Shown in pieces: positions 8,252 through 16,628 of a stretch of DNA of 30,799 nt. The DNA is taken from sequence record SRR31156797_5219, one strand, 5' to 3'. The notes below the pieces were generated by a model. It saw nothing but the letters and a program-made list of their open reading frames with translations, was not told where the DNA came from and searched no databases. Position 1 is the first letter of the stretch, and every line of letters begins with the position of its first letter. The translations under genes were made by a program, and so were the position numbers.

Positions 8252-8278
8252 GTATCGACCGCCTAAACAATAACTTTA
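8252..8278 (-). promoter_or_regulatory. Sigma-28 (FliA) promoter
   Basis: Minus strand TAAAGTTA-N11-GTCGATAC versus consensus TAAAGTTT-N11-GCCGATAA, directly upstream of a flagellin-family gene. Confidence 0.85.
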
Positions 8279-8478
8279 GCGTTTTTTTTAAATTTAGAGA
8301 AAATATTTTGAGCTTCCACGCTAAACGTCTCACGCTGTTCGACTTATTTAGTTTGATTTTTTTGAAGTTTTTTCAAGAAAACACAATGAAATCAGAATCA
8401 AGCGACAGGATGGAGACGCAAAGATGTATAACTTTAGATTATTAGTGAGCTTGTGATATGGCTACCGCTCCTAAGCGG

Positions 8479-10266
8479 TCAAAACTCGGATTCGGCCTCT
8501 TTCTCGCTGGCACGCTTGCGTAAAACCTTATTATAAGTGGATATGATATCCCTACGGGTGATAATACCGAGGAGCTTTGTTCCTGTCTCTTCGTCTACAA
8601 CAGGTAGAAGTTCGACGTTTTTGAAGCCTATGCTTTCTATGGCGTCAGCAAGTGAATTAGTCGGAAGGATAGTAGGTATCTCTTTCTCACAAACCTCTCC
8701 TGCGACAACAATATCTTCAAGCCCTTCCTCAAAAACAAACTCACGTATCTCTTCGAAAAGGAGCACACCAACAAGGGTGTTATCCCCTCTGATTACAGGG
8801 AAGTTATTGTGCTTTGTCTGCGGGATAAAATGCATTATGTCGTAAAAACGCATATCTTCCCGAAGCGTTATCGGGTCAGGCCGCATAACGTCATTAACCT
8901 TAATATCCTGAAGAACCTGTACGAAAAATTCGCCCTTATGGATAGGTGATTCACTCCGCATAGGAACCTGATTGACGTACATAGTAGTCTTACGAAGAAG
9001 TAGAAAAGCGAGTGTTGACACCCACATAGAAGGTACAAGCAGATGATAGTTTCCCGTCATCTCACTTACCATGATGATTGTGGATAGCGGGGTATTCGCT
9101 ATACCGCTGAAAAATCCAGCCATACCAACAACAACATAAGCACCAGGGTCAGGAGCGATAAACGGCATGATTTTATGCAGCGAAAGACCTACAAAGCCAC
9201 CTACAGCGGCTCCGATAACCATTGACGGACCGAAAATACCAGCAGAACCGCCAGAGCCTATACTAAACGAAGTCGTTAATATCTTTGCGAAAATAAGTAA
9301 AAATATAAAACCTAGACCGAGCTGCCCCTGCATACCAAGTTCGATCTGAGAATAACTGCCGGAGAGCGCCTCAGGCACAAAGAAGCCTATACACCCGGTT
9401 ATTAGTCCACCTATAACAGGCTTCATGTAGGGCGAGATATGCATCTGTTTAAAACCGTTATGTATCTTATAAAATGTCCTAACATACAGCCATCCGAAAC
9501 CGGCACATGCGAAGCCTAGCACCGAATAGCCTATGAGCTCAGCCGGATTGCGAAAGTTAAAATCTGGAGTAGCAAAGAGCGGATCCCAGCCGAAAGCCGA
9601 GCAGAAAACAGAATATGCGATGATAGATGTAATAGTAGACGGGAGCAGTGCCTCATATTCCATATCGGAACTGGCGTATAAAACCTCTGCGGCGAAGATA
9701 GCACCGGCGAGAGGCGAACGGAAGATAGCACCAACACCAGCCCCCATCCCTGCGGCTGTGAGGATACGCTTCTCCCTATCGGAAAGTTTCAGTTTAGTAC
9801 CGAGAAATGATGCAAAACCTGCACCTATCTGGGCTATTGGCCCCTCTCGACCACCGGAACCGCCTGTCCCTATTGTTATCGCACTGGCGAAAGTTTTAAT
9901 TATAGGAACCTGCCAGCGGATGTATCCATTTTTGAAATGTATCGATTTAATAGCGGCATCAGTACCGTGACCTTCCGCCTCAGGAGCAAATTTATATACG
10001 AGAAATCCAGAGATAAGACCACCAAGTGCGGGTATGAATATGATAGACCATCTGCGGAGTTCTGTTGTGGCGTGACCGAAAAGTGCATGTTCACCAGCGG
10101 TTTCCTCAACTCGCATGCCCATCAGGTAATCCATAAAGATGAATGCGCTACCTTGAAGGAGGAAGAAGAATATTATAGCTCCGACACCGGAAACAAGTCC
10201 GACTATTGAGCCCAAAATGAACCACCGACCAATGACCGGCAGATTAAAACGTTTACCTTGCATCAT
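8479..10266 (-). CDS. ClC (EriC-like) chloride channel/transporter with C-terminal CBS pair
   Basis: GGSGGREGP, GAIFRSPLAGAIFAAEV, GGSAGIFGP, EMTGNY motifs. CBS repeats VNDVMRPD...LLGIITRRDI. Confidence 0.92.
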   Translation of the reverse strand: MMQGKRFNLPVIGRWFILGSIVGLVSGVGAIIFFFLLQGSAFIFMDYLMGMRVEETAGEHALFGHATTELRRWSIIFIPALGGLISGFLVYKFAPEAEGHGTDAAIKSIHFKNGYIRWQVPIIKTFASAITIGTGGSGGREGPIAQIGAGFASFLGTKLKLSDREKRILTAAGMGAGVGAIFRSPLAGAIFAAEVLYASSDMEYEALLPSTITSIIAYSVFCSAFGWDPLFATPDFNFRNPAELIGYSVLGFACAGFGWLYVRTFYKIHNGFKQMHISPYMKPVIGGLITGCIGFFVPEALSGSYSQIELGMQGQLGLGFIFLLIFAKILTTSFSIGSGGSAGIFGPSMVIGAAVGGFVGLSLHKIMPFIAPDPGAYVVVGMAGFFSGIANTPLSTIIMVSEMTGNYHLLVPSMWVSTLAFLLLRKTTMYVNQVPMRSESPIHKGEFFVQVLQDIKVNDVMRPDPITLREDMRFYDIMHFIPQTKHNNFPVIRGDNTLVGVLLFEEIREFVFEEGLEDIVVAGEVCEKEIPTILPTNSLADAIESIGFKNVELLPVVDEETGTKLLGIITRRDIISTYNKVLRKRASEKEAESEF

Positions 10267-10323
10267 GTTATATTGTACCCACGGCTGTCACAATAAAACA
10301 AAAAGAAAATAACGGCAATTGTT

Positions 10324-11358
10324 TTATTCCTGCTCCATCTCCTTTAGCCTGTTACGGGCACGCTTAATCATCCTGTCTACATCTTCGGTGGTGTTAACAG
10401 GTTCGAGAACGATATTTGGATAACGCCTCTGAAATACTCTAAACACCTCGTCTGCAAAAGCCTGTCCAATCATGTCTACATTTTCAAAATTTAGCTCTAT
10501 CTGTTTAAAATTCTCAAACCTTGCGATAAGTCTTTTTGCCTGCGAGCGGGAGATAAGATTTTCATTGCCCATACGAAGAAGCTCAACATTTACAACAGTT
10601 TTAGAAAAACCATATTCATCGTCGGAGTATTTATCAAATATTTCTTTGAGTGTGGTCTTATTATCGCTCAATATACTAAAAGTAATAGTCGTACCTTCAC
10701 TATTGTCTTGATCATATAAATAATCCTCTATCTCGTCTTCAGTATTATGTGTAAATACTGACTCTCCTGAAGATATACAGAACTCATCACTAGCTTTTAC
10801 CGAAAAGAATATCCCTTCACCCGTATGATTTTCAGGATCAGTAGTAAACTTCCCTTTATCTAATTCTAGAAGAGCCTGCTTCTCATCTGATAAATCAAGA
10901 GCATTAGCTATCTTTTTGAAAATACCGACACCATTATCCTTAATAAAGAAAGACACCATATCGTGCGATCTTATAAGCACAACCCTCAACTCATCCCCTT
11001 CAGAGTGATCATTTGCATTATTTACCATCTCAGTAAAAATATACTGAGTTAAGTCTTGAACATTTTTACTATATCCAACAAGGCTTTCACTAAAGTCATT
11101 TATATAAATTTCAGACTCATCCACACCGGGTAGTTGATACTTTTTCAGGGCTAACTCATTACTTGCAAGCTCATAGACACGACTATTGCGGTCACCATTA
11201 GCCACAATCTCTTTAGAATCAACGAGAGCCTTTAAGTGTTTATTCACTGCCTGACGGGAGATATCGAATTCTTTTGCAGTCACTTTTGCGATATCTTTTG
11301 GATGTTCTTTTACGTTATCTAGTATAAATTCTCTGATTATTTTGGTTCTTTCACGCAT
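10324..11358 (-). CDS. wHTH + HATPase (anti-sigma kinase-like) + STAS-like DUF4325 protein
   Basis: HTH AKEFDISRQAVNKHLKALVDS. GHKL boxes EMVNNANDHS, DNGVGI, GEGIFF. C-terminal SRSQAK...LNFENVDMIGQAFADEVF. Confidence 0.82.
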   Translation of the reverse strand: MRERTKIIREFILDNVKEHPKDIAKVTAKEFDISRQAVNKHLKALVDSKEIVANGDRNSRVYELASNELALKKYQLPGVDESEIYINDFSESLVGYSKNVQDLTQYIFTEMVNNANDHSEGDELRVVLIRSHDMVSFFIKDNGVGIFKKIANALDLSDEKQALLELDKGKFTTDPENHTGEGIFFSVKASDEFCISSGESVFTHNTEDEIEDYLYDQDNSEGTTITFSILSDNKTTLKEIFDKYSDDEYGFSKTVVNVELLRMGNENLISRSQAKRLIARFENFKQIELNFENVDMIGQAFADEVFRVFQRRYPNIVLEPVNTTEDVDRMIKRARNRLKEMEQE

Positions 11359-11371
11359 ATTACAACCTCAC

Positions 11372-11418
11372 TAAAGTTAACAACTTTAATATAAAAGTTG
11401 ACAACCAAGTTGTCAACC
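11372..11418 (-). promoter_or_regulatory. Sigma-70 promoter overlapped by three GTT(G/A)(A/T)CAAC operator-like palindromes
   Basis: Minus strand TTGACA (11416-11411)-N17-TATATT (11393-11388). Boxes GTTAACAAC 11376-11384, GTTGACAAC 11397-11405, GTTGTCAAC 11409-11417. Confidence 0.78.
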
Positions 11419-11435
11419 AATTTATAAATAGTGAG

Positions 11436-12149
11436 TTACTTTTGGAATACGAAAAGACCTTTCTTGTCAGTGTATGAAATGATGGTGTCGCCGTCGGTTT
11501 CCAGCCTTAATTCAGCCTTAACTTTTGGTGAAAGATTAAGAAATGCCTGAGTTGTTGCCTCGTACTGCTCCTCTGTTGGTTCTAGCCTGCGTGCCCACTC
11601 CTCATATTTATGCTGTTTGAGAAACACTTTAACATCTTCAACAGAAAAACCTTCAGCCTCTGCCATCCCTGTGATTTCTTCAACCTTGAAACTTCTATGG
11701 TGTGTGGTATCACGGATAAGCTCTATCTCGTTAAGCTCCGCATCTTCCATACCAACTACTGAATCGATTAGCACAAATGTACCGCCCGGCTTAAGTATAC
11801 GGAAAACCTCGTTCATAAACATGCACGGGTTTCGGAAGTGATGCATAGCGATACGGCAGCCAATAAGATCAAAAGTTCCTGACGCATAGGGGAGAAACTC
11901 AGCCTTAGTCAGAGCTGGCATATCAAAACCGAACGACTCTCTCGCAGTTTTCAGCATATTAAAACTGAGGTCAGCTGTGTAAACAGACTCAGCGGGGAAA
12001 GCCGCACCAAAGTGCCCTGCCGCACATGCGACATCTAAAGCTTTATTAAATTTTTTACCGTCGAAATACTCTTTGAAATAATCAAGATCGGAACCGACAG
12101 CATGGTCGCTGCTTTTAAGGTAGTTTTTTGCAGATTTATCAAAGCCCAT
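11436..12149 (-). CDS. Class I SAM-dependent methyltransferase (YcgJ/YafE-like)
   Basis: FDKSAKNYLKSSDHAVGSDL N-terminus, ALDVACAAGH, DLSFNML, FDLIGCRIAMHHF, RILKPGG. One-base overlap with the metX stop. Confidence 0.85.
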   Translation of the reverse strand: MGFDKSAKNYLKSSDHAVGSDLDYFKEYFDGKKFNKALDVACAAGHFGAAFPAESVYTADLSFNMLKTARESFGFDMPALTKAEFLPYASGTFDLIGCRIAMHHFRNPCMFMNEVFRILKPGGTFVLIDSVVGMEDAELNEIELIRDTTHHRSFKVEEITGMAEAEGFSVEDVKVFLKQHKYEEWARRLEPTEEQYEATTQAFLNLSPKVKAELRLETDGDTIISYTDKKGLFVFQK

Positions 12150-13258
12150 CAGACTCTCCCAAGGAAATCTTTGATGATGTCTGTCTGCACTTCAAACTCC
12201 AGAAGGAAAGCGTCGTGCCCATAATCAGACTCAATATTGTGCCACTCCGGCTCCTGACCTATCTCTTTCATAAGATTCACAAGTTCCTCCGTCTGGTATG
12301 GAGGAAAGAGAAAATCGGAAGTAAAAGTGATAAACATAGATTTAGCAGTGATAAGCCTAAGCGCATCCTTCAGACCGTTACGACCGTAAGAGAGGTCGAA
12401 AATATCCATAGCTTTAAGCACATACAGGTAAGTATTCGCATCATAGTGCTCAGTGAATTTATAGCCGTTATAGCGGAGATAATTCTCCACCTCGAAAAGT
12501 CCCTGAAAGTCGTAAATACCTTCAAAATTTGCAAATCTTCGCCCGAATTTACTATGGAATGACGCATCTGACATGTAGGTGATATGCCCTGCCATACGTG
12601 CGATAGCCAGCCCGTCTATAGGCATAACATCGTCGTAATAGTCGCCGTCTCTCCAGTTAGGATCTTTCATAATAGCGAATTTCGCTATGGCGTTAAATGA
12701 GATCGCCATAGGGGTAACCGCCGCAGATGCCGCTATCGGCAAGATACTCTTTGTAGCGTAAGGGAATGTCGCCCCCCACTCAAGAGCTTGCATACCGCCC
12801 ATAGAACCGCCAGCAACAGAATGGAGCTGCTCGATCTCAAGATGATCTATAAGCTTCTTCTGAACCTTTACCATATCTCTCACTGTAACCACAGGAAACT
12901 TCAACGCATAACGCTTCTTTGTCTGCGGGTCGATGGAGCTTGGACCTGTTGTACCGAAGCAGCTTCCGAGGAAATTGGAACAGATTACAAAATATTTATC
13001 CGTATCGAAAGCTTTGCCCGGGCCTATCATAGCATCCCACCACCCGGGTTTCTGCTCATCTTCTCTATTAAATCCGGCAGCGTGCGCATTCCCAGTAAGA
13101 GCGTGGCACACCAGTATTGCATTATCCTTCGCCTCATTCAGCTCGCCGTATGTTTCATAGGCAACTGTCACCTTTGAAATAACACGACCACTTTCGAAGA
13201 AGAAATCATCCTTAAATGTTACAAACTGAGTCTTTACAATGCCAACTGATCCGGACAT
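12149..13258 (-). CDS. metX: Homoserine O-acetyltransferase
   Basis: AYETYGELN, CHALTG, GWWDAMIGPGKAFDT, nucleophile motif GGSMGG, YGHDAFL. Confidence 0.95.
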   Translation of the reverse strand: MSGSVGIVKTQFVTFKDDFFFESGRVISKVTVAYETYGELNEAKDNAILVCHALTGNAHAAGFNREDEQKPGWWDAMIGPGKAFDTDKYFVICSNFLGSCFGTTGPSSIDPQTKKRYALKFPVVTVRDMVKVQKKLIDHLEIEQLHSVAGGSMGGMQALEWGATFPYATKSILPIAASAAVTPMAISFNAIAKFAIMKDPNWRDGDYYDDVMPIDGLAIARMAGHITYMSDASFHSKFGRRFANFEGIYDFQGLFEVENYLRYNGYKFTEHYDANTYLYVLKAMDIFDLSYGRNGLKDALRLITAKSMFITFTSDFLFPPYQTEELVNLMKEIGQEPEWHNIESDYGHDAFLLEFEVQTDIIKDFLGRV

Positions 13259-13264
13259 ATATTG

Positions 13265-14539
13265 TTATCCTCTCATAGCCTGCTGAAAGTCTTCTATTAT
13301 ATCGTCAATATTTTCAATACCTACACTTACTCTTACCAGTGCCTTAGGTATGCCTGCTGATTCTAGCTGTTCGTCACTGAGCTGACGGTGGGTTGAGCTT
13401 GCAGGGTGGGTTATAACTGTGCGTACGTCACCGAGGTTTGTAGCGTGGATAGCGATCTTTGCCGCCTCAATAAACTTAACGCCTGCGTCATACCCGCCTT
13501 TAAGACCAAAAGACATCATCGCTCCTGAACCTTTCGGCATGAGTTCTTTAACTCTTGCGTAGTTTCTATTGTCAGGAAGGTCAGGATAGTTCACCCACTC
13601 AACATCTTCACAACCGAGGAGGAAACCAGCGAGCTTATAAGCATTTTCGCAGTGTCTCTCCATACGGAGTGCAAGTGTCTCTATACCGCTAAGAATCTGG
13701 AATGCATTAGTAGGAGAGAGGCATCCGCCTATATCTCTGAGAATCTGCACTCTCATCTTGATAGCGAAAGCCATATTCCCAAATGCCTCAGCGTAAACTG
13801 TTCCGTGGTAACTAGGATCCGGCTCAGTGAATCCAGGGAATTTACCGCTTGCCGCCCAGTCGAAAGTACCGGCATCTACGACACAGCCACCCATAGCGGA
13901 ACCGTGACCGCCCATGAACTTGGTCATAGAATGAAGGATTATATCAGCACCATACTCAATAGGCTTAAAGAGGTATGGCGTAGTGTATGTATTATCTACT
14001 ATAAGAGGGATCTTATTCTCTTTTGCGATTGCAGAGATAGCCTCAATGTCAGGGATGTCGCTCGCAGGGTTGCTCACAGACTCTATATATATCCCCTTGG
14101 TGTTCTCATCGATATTCGCCTTGTAAGCCTCAAGATCATCCTGATCAACTAGTCTGAGGTCTATGCCTAATTTTTTGAATGTATGTACAAAAAGATTGTA
14201 TGTACCACCGTAAAGCTTTCCTGATGCAACGATATTGTCACCAGCTCCTGCGATGGTTGTGATAGCCATGTATGTTGCGAATTGACCGGAAGATGTACAA
14301 ACGGCAGCCGAGCCACCCTCAAGCATGGCAATTCTATTTTCAAGCACCTCTACAGTAGGGTTGGACAGTCTTGAATAGATGTGCCCCGCCTCTTTCAGGT
14401 CGAAGAGATTTACTGCGTGCTCGATGCTCTTAAACTGAAATGCATTAGAATGATAGATAGGAACCTGAGTTGCTCCTGTCTTTTCGTCTGGTCTGTAAGC
14501 GCCGTGAATAGCGATTGTTTCAAACCTGTGTGTGCTCAT
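13265..14539 (-). CDS. metY: O-acetylhomoserine aminocarboxypropyltransferase (sulfhydrylase)
   Basis: IYSRLSNPT, LYGGT, IVDNT, PLP lysine motif HSMTKFMGGHG, NLGDVRT, HPASSTHRQL, RVSVGIE. Confidence 0.93.
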   Translation of the reverse strand: MSTHRFETIAIHGAYRPDEKTGATQVPIYHSNAFQFKSIEHAVNLFDLKEAGHIYSRLSNPTVEVLENRIAMLEGGSAAVCTSSGQFATYMAITTIAGAGDNIVASGKLYGGTYNLFVHTFKKLGIDLRLVDQDDLEAYKANIDENTKGIYIESVSNPASDIPDIEAISAIAKENKIPLIVDNTYTTPYLFKPIEYGADIILHSMTKFMGGHGSAMGGCVVDAGTFDWAASGKFPGFTEPDPSYHGTVYAEAFGNMAFAIKMRVQILRDIGGCLSPTNAFQILSGIETLALRMERHCENAYKLAGFLLGCEDVEWVNYPDLPDNRNYARVKELMPKGSGAMMSFGLKGGYDAGVKFIEAAKIAIHATNLGDVRTVITHPASSTHRQLSDEQLESAGIPKALVRVSVGIENIDDIIEDFQQAMRG

Positions 14540-14600
14540 TATGTCCTCCGTATGTTGATCAAGAGTAGGTATAATGAGAGGTTATCCGTTATTTTAAACG

Positions 14601-14632
14601 AAAAAACCCCTTCCAAGGTTATTAGAAGAGGC
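14601..14632 (-). terminator. Riboswitch expression-platform terminator
   Basis: mRNA-sense GCCUCUUCUAA-UAACC-UUGGAAGGGGU followed by UUUUU, between the aptamer and metY. Its 5' arm CUCUUCU can alternatively pair with aptamer AGGAGAG. Confidence 0.85.
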
Positions 14633-14654
14633 GGTTATGCGCTTTGACATATCC

Positions 14655-14760
14655 ACTTATCTCTCCTCCTGGGTCGGATTTAGCACCAGACATCAGCTTA
14701 TTATGCTGACCGGCTGCTGTAGCTTCAAAGGGCCTTGTCCCTCCACTACTCTCGATAAGT
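14655..14760 (-). ncRNA. SAM-I (S-box) riboswitch aptamer
   Basis: Minus strand ACTTATCGAGAG..TGGAGGGACAAGGCCCTTTGAAGC..CAGCAGCCG...GGTGCTAAATCC...GAGATAAGT. P1 ACUUAUC/GAUAAGU. Upstream of metY-metX. Confidence 0.95.
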
Positions 14761-14769
14761 TGTCAGATT

Positions 14770-14798
14770 AGAATACCTAATATCTCTGATTATGTAAA
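14770..14798 (-). promoter_or_regulatory. Sigma-70 promoter of the met operon
   Basis: Minus strand TTTACA-N17-TATTCT ending 9 nt before the aptamer. Confidence 0.65.
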
Positions 14799-14860
14799 GT
14801 ATTTTCTTTCAGAGCTCTTTTTTTTCTGTTAGATTGTCTTGTATGTTTTCGGAGGTTCGC

Positions 14861-15457
14861 ATGGACACTAAAAGATTGATTATAGCTGGAATGATACTAG
14901 CATTAGCTTTTGCCGGCATGACGATAAGCAGAAAATTCATGGATAAAGAGAAGGCTGAGAGCGGAAGTATGACCACTGCGGAAACCGTACTCAACGAAAC
15001 TTGGGATATGCACCGTATAGGTGAAACGGGGCTCGCTCTCCTCACTCCTGTGAACCTGAAAATGATCCCTACCAAACTTGACAACAACGCTAAAGAGACA
15101 CTGAAAAGTTACAAAACATTTGAATATGTTCTCGACTCCTTCGGGCTTCGCATAAACCATATTGTAGCTCGCAATGAGCTTGATGCACAGATATACGCTG
15201 ACCAACTCACCAAGATGTTTGAAATCTCCGACGACTTCAGAGGGTATAAATACGAGATAACTCCTTTCGAGGCTGGCGGTCGTGAAGGGAAATTTGTAAA
15301 GGGCTCTGCCGTTCAGGCGGGTACACGCCTTGAGATGGGTTCAGCAATATTTACAATAGACGAAAAGCTCTGGGAAGTTACTATGCAGGTAGATTCCGAA
15401 AGTGAAAAACTGAAAGAGCTAGCTGAAAAAGTGTTTCATTCTATACAGATACAGTAG
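14861..15457 (+). CDS. Hypothetical exported or membrane-anchored protein (possibly PsbP/DcrB-like fold)
   Basis: GGAGGT RBS at 14851 favours ATG 14861 over the track start at 14834. N-terminal KR plus hydrophobic helix. C-terminal AEKVFHSIQI resembles PsbP/DcrB-like ends (weak). Confidence 0.7.
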   Translation: MDTKRLIIAGMILALAFAGMTISRKFMDKEKAESGSMTTAETVLNETWDMHRIGETGLALLTPVNLKMIPTKLDNNAKETLKSYKTFEYVLDSFGLRINHIVARNELDAQIYADQLTKMFEISDDFRGYKYEITPFEAGGREGKFVKGSAVQAGTRLEMGSAIFTIDEKLWEVTMQVDSESEKLKELAEKVFHSIQIQ

Positions 15458-15459
15458 GC

Positions 15460-16617
15460 CTATATTGAGACTGATTCGGATGAATCGTTAATCGTTATGG
15501 CTGGTCTCCCAGGTGCAAGCATCAGCCCTACAATAGAGAAGCACATCATAGCAACTTCTGAGTCTGTAAAGTTATTCTCAGTTAACCCTTCGAGCATAAA
15601 AACGATCATTACAAACATTGCTATTTTAATAAACGGATTATTTCGCATCCGCCGCTTTACCTCCCATAAAATCGAACCGAAAAATCCTAGCATGGCAAAC
15701 AGCCCGAAAAAACCGTGCAGATAGGTGTACTGAATATATGAATTGTGCGCATGTGCACGGCTTGATGTCGGTACATCTATAAATTTACCTATATTGTCTC
15801 TAAAATTTCTTTTACCGTAGCCGAAAACTGGACGAAGCATTATCGCCTCGCTAGCTGCTTCCCAAAGAACAAGTCTTGTACCCACTGGTGACGTAGTAAT
15901 ATGCACATTGTCAACTATCTGTGTGAATCGCTTTTGAATGTATGGTACATTATGAACAACACCAACTAGTATTAAAAAAATCATACAGCTAGCGAGAAAA
16001 CCTTTAGCCTTGTACCTAACAATAAACATTATAAAAACAACGACGACAAACGCCAGCATTGGCCCTCTACTACCTGATAAAATAAGTGAAACCATTGCAA
16101 GCAAAAGTGTAATCATTGTAAGGTATAATTGACGTTTTGTTTCATAAAGACGATATAAAAGCACACTAAGTGCTATAGTGGCAACAATTGCCACAACATT
16201 ACCGTATGTTAAAGCATGTGAGAAGAAACCATCTGCTCTTCTAACGCCTAATAATAGAACCTCATAAAGAGCATAAACAGCGACTAAAGAAGAGCCCGCA
16301 AAAAGATAAACAAGATATCCCATACGGTCTCGCCCCTGAAAGATAACATATATCGCAGGCAGATATAAAAGCACCCACCAGCTTGTAAAATCCTTCAGAG
16401 AACGTGCAGGATCAATCCCCACAAAAGTTGAAATAGTTTCAGCAACGACCATAAGGATGAAAAACAGAAAGAACCCTTGTTTAAAAACTGAGTAATCACG
16501 AGTTTTATATGTTTTATGTATAGCCAAGAGTATGAGCACGCCAAGAACTATTTCAGCAGCAGATATAGATACTGAATTAGCCACAGCCCCCAGCCTTAGC
16601 AGGATATCAATATACAA
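15460..16617 (-). CDS. O-antigen ligase family (Wzy_C) membrane protein
   Basis: Multi-TM. RADGFF, LSGSRG, RLVLWEAA, RPVFGYG, HAHNSYIQ...GFFGL motifs. Confidence 0.88.
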   Translation of the reverse strand: MYIDILLRLGAVANSVSISAAEIVLGVLILLAIHKTYKTRDYSVFKQGFFLFFILMVVAETISTFVGIDPARSLKDFTSWWVLLYLPAIYVIFQGRDRMGYLVYLFAGSSLVAVYALYEVLLLGVRRADGFFSHALTYGNVVAIVATIALSVLLYRLYETKRQLYLTMITLLLAMVSLILSGSRGPMLAFVVVVFIMFIVRYKAKGFLASCMIFLILVGVVHNVPYIQKRFTQIVDNVHITTSPVGTRLVLWEAASEAIMLRPVFGYGKRNFRDNIGKFIDVPTSSRAHAHNSYIQYTYLHGFFGLFAMLGFFGSILWEVKRRMRNNPFIKIAMFVMIVFMLEGLTENNFTDSEVAMMCFSIVGLMLAPGRPAITINDSSESVSI

Positions 16618-16628
16618 ATCAGGCTCCT

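Noticed and set aside
8155-8445. 96-aa plus-strand ORF in the intergenic region
   Set aside because: It runs antisense across the sigma-28 promoter and leader, and its composition reflects AT-rich non-coding DNA.
14556-14572. Second SAM-I aptamer on the plus strand (ATCAAGAGTAGGT)
   Set aside because: The rest of the aptamer is missing. It is better read as the complement of the real aptamer's 5' end, reported as a finding.
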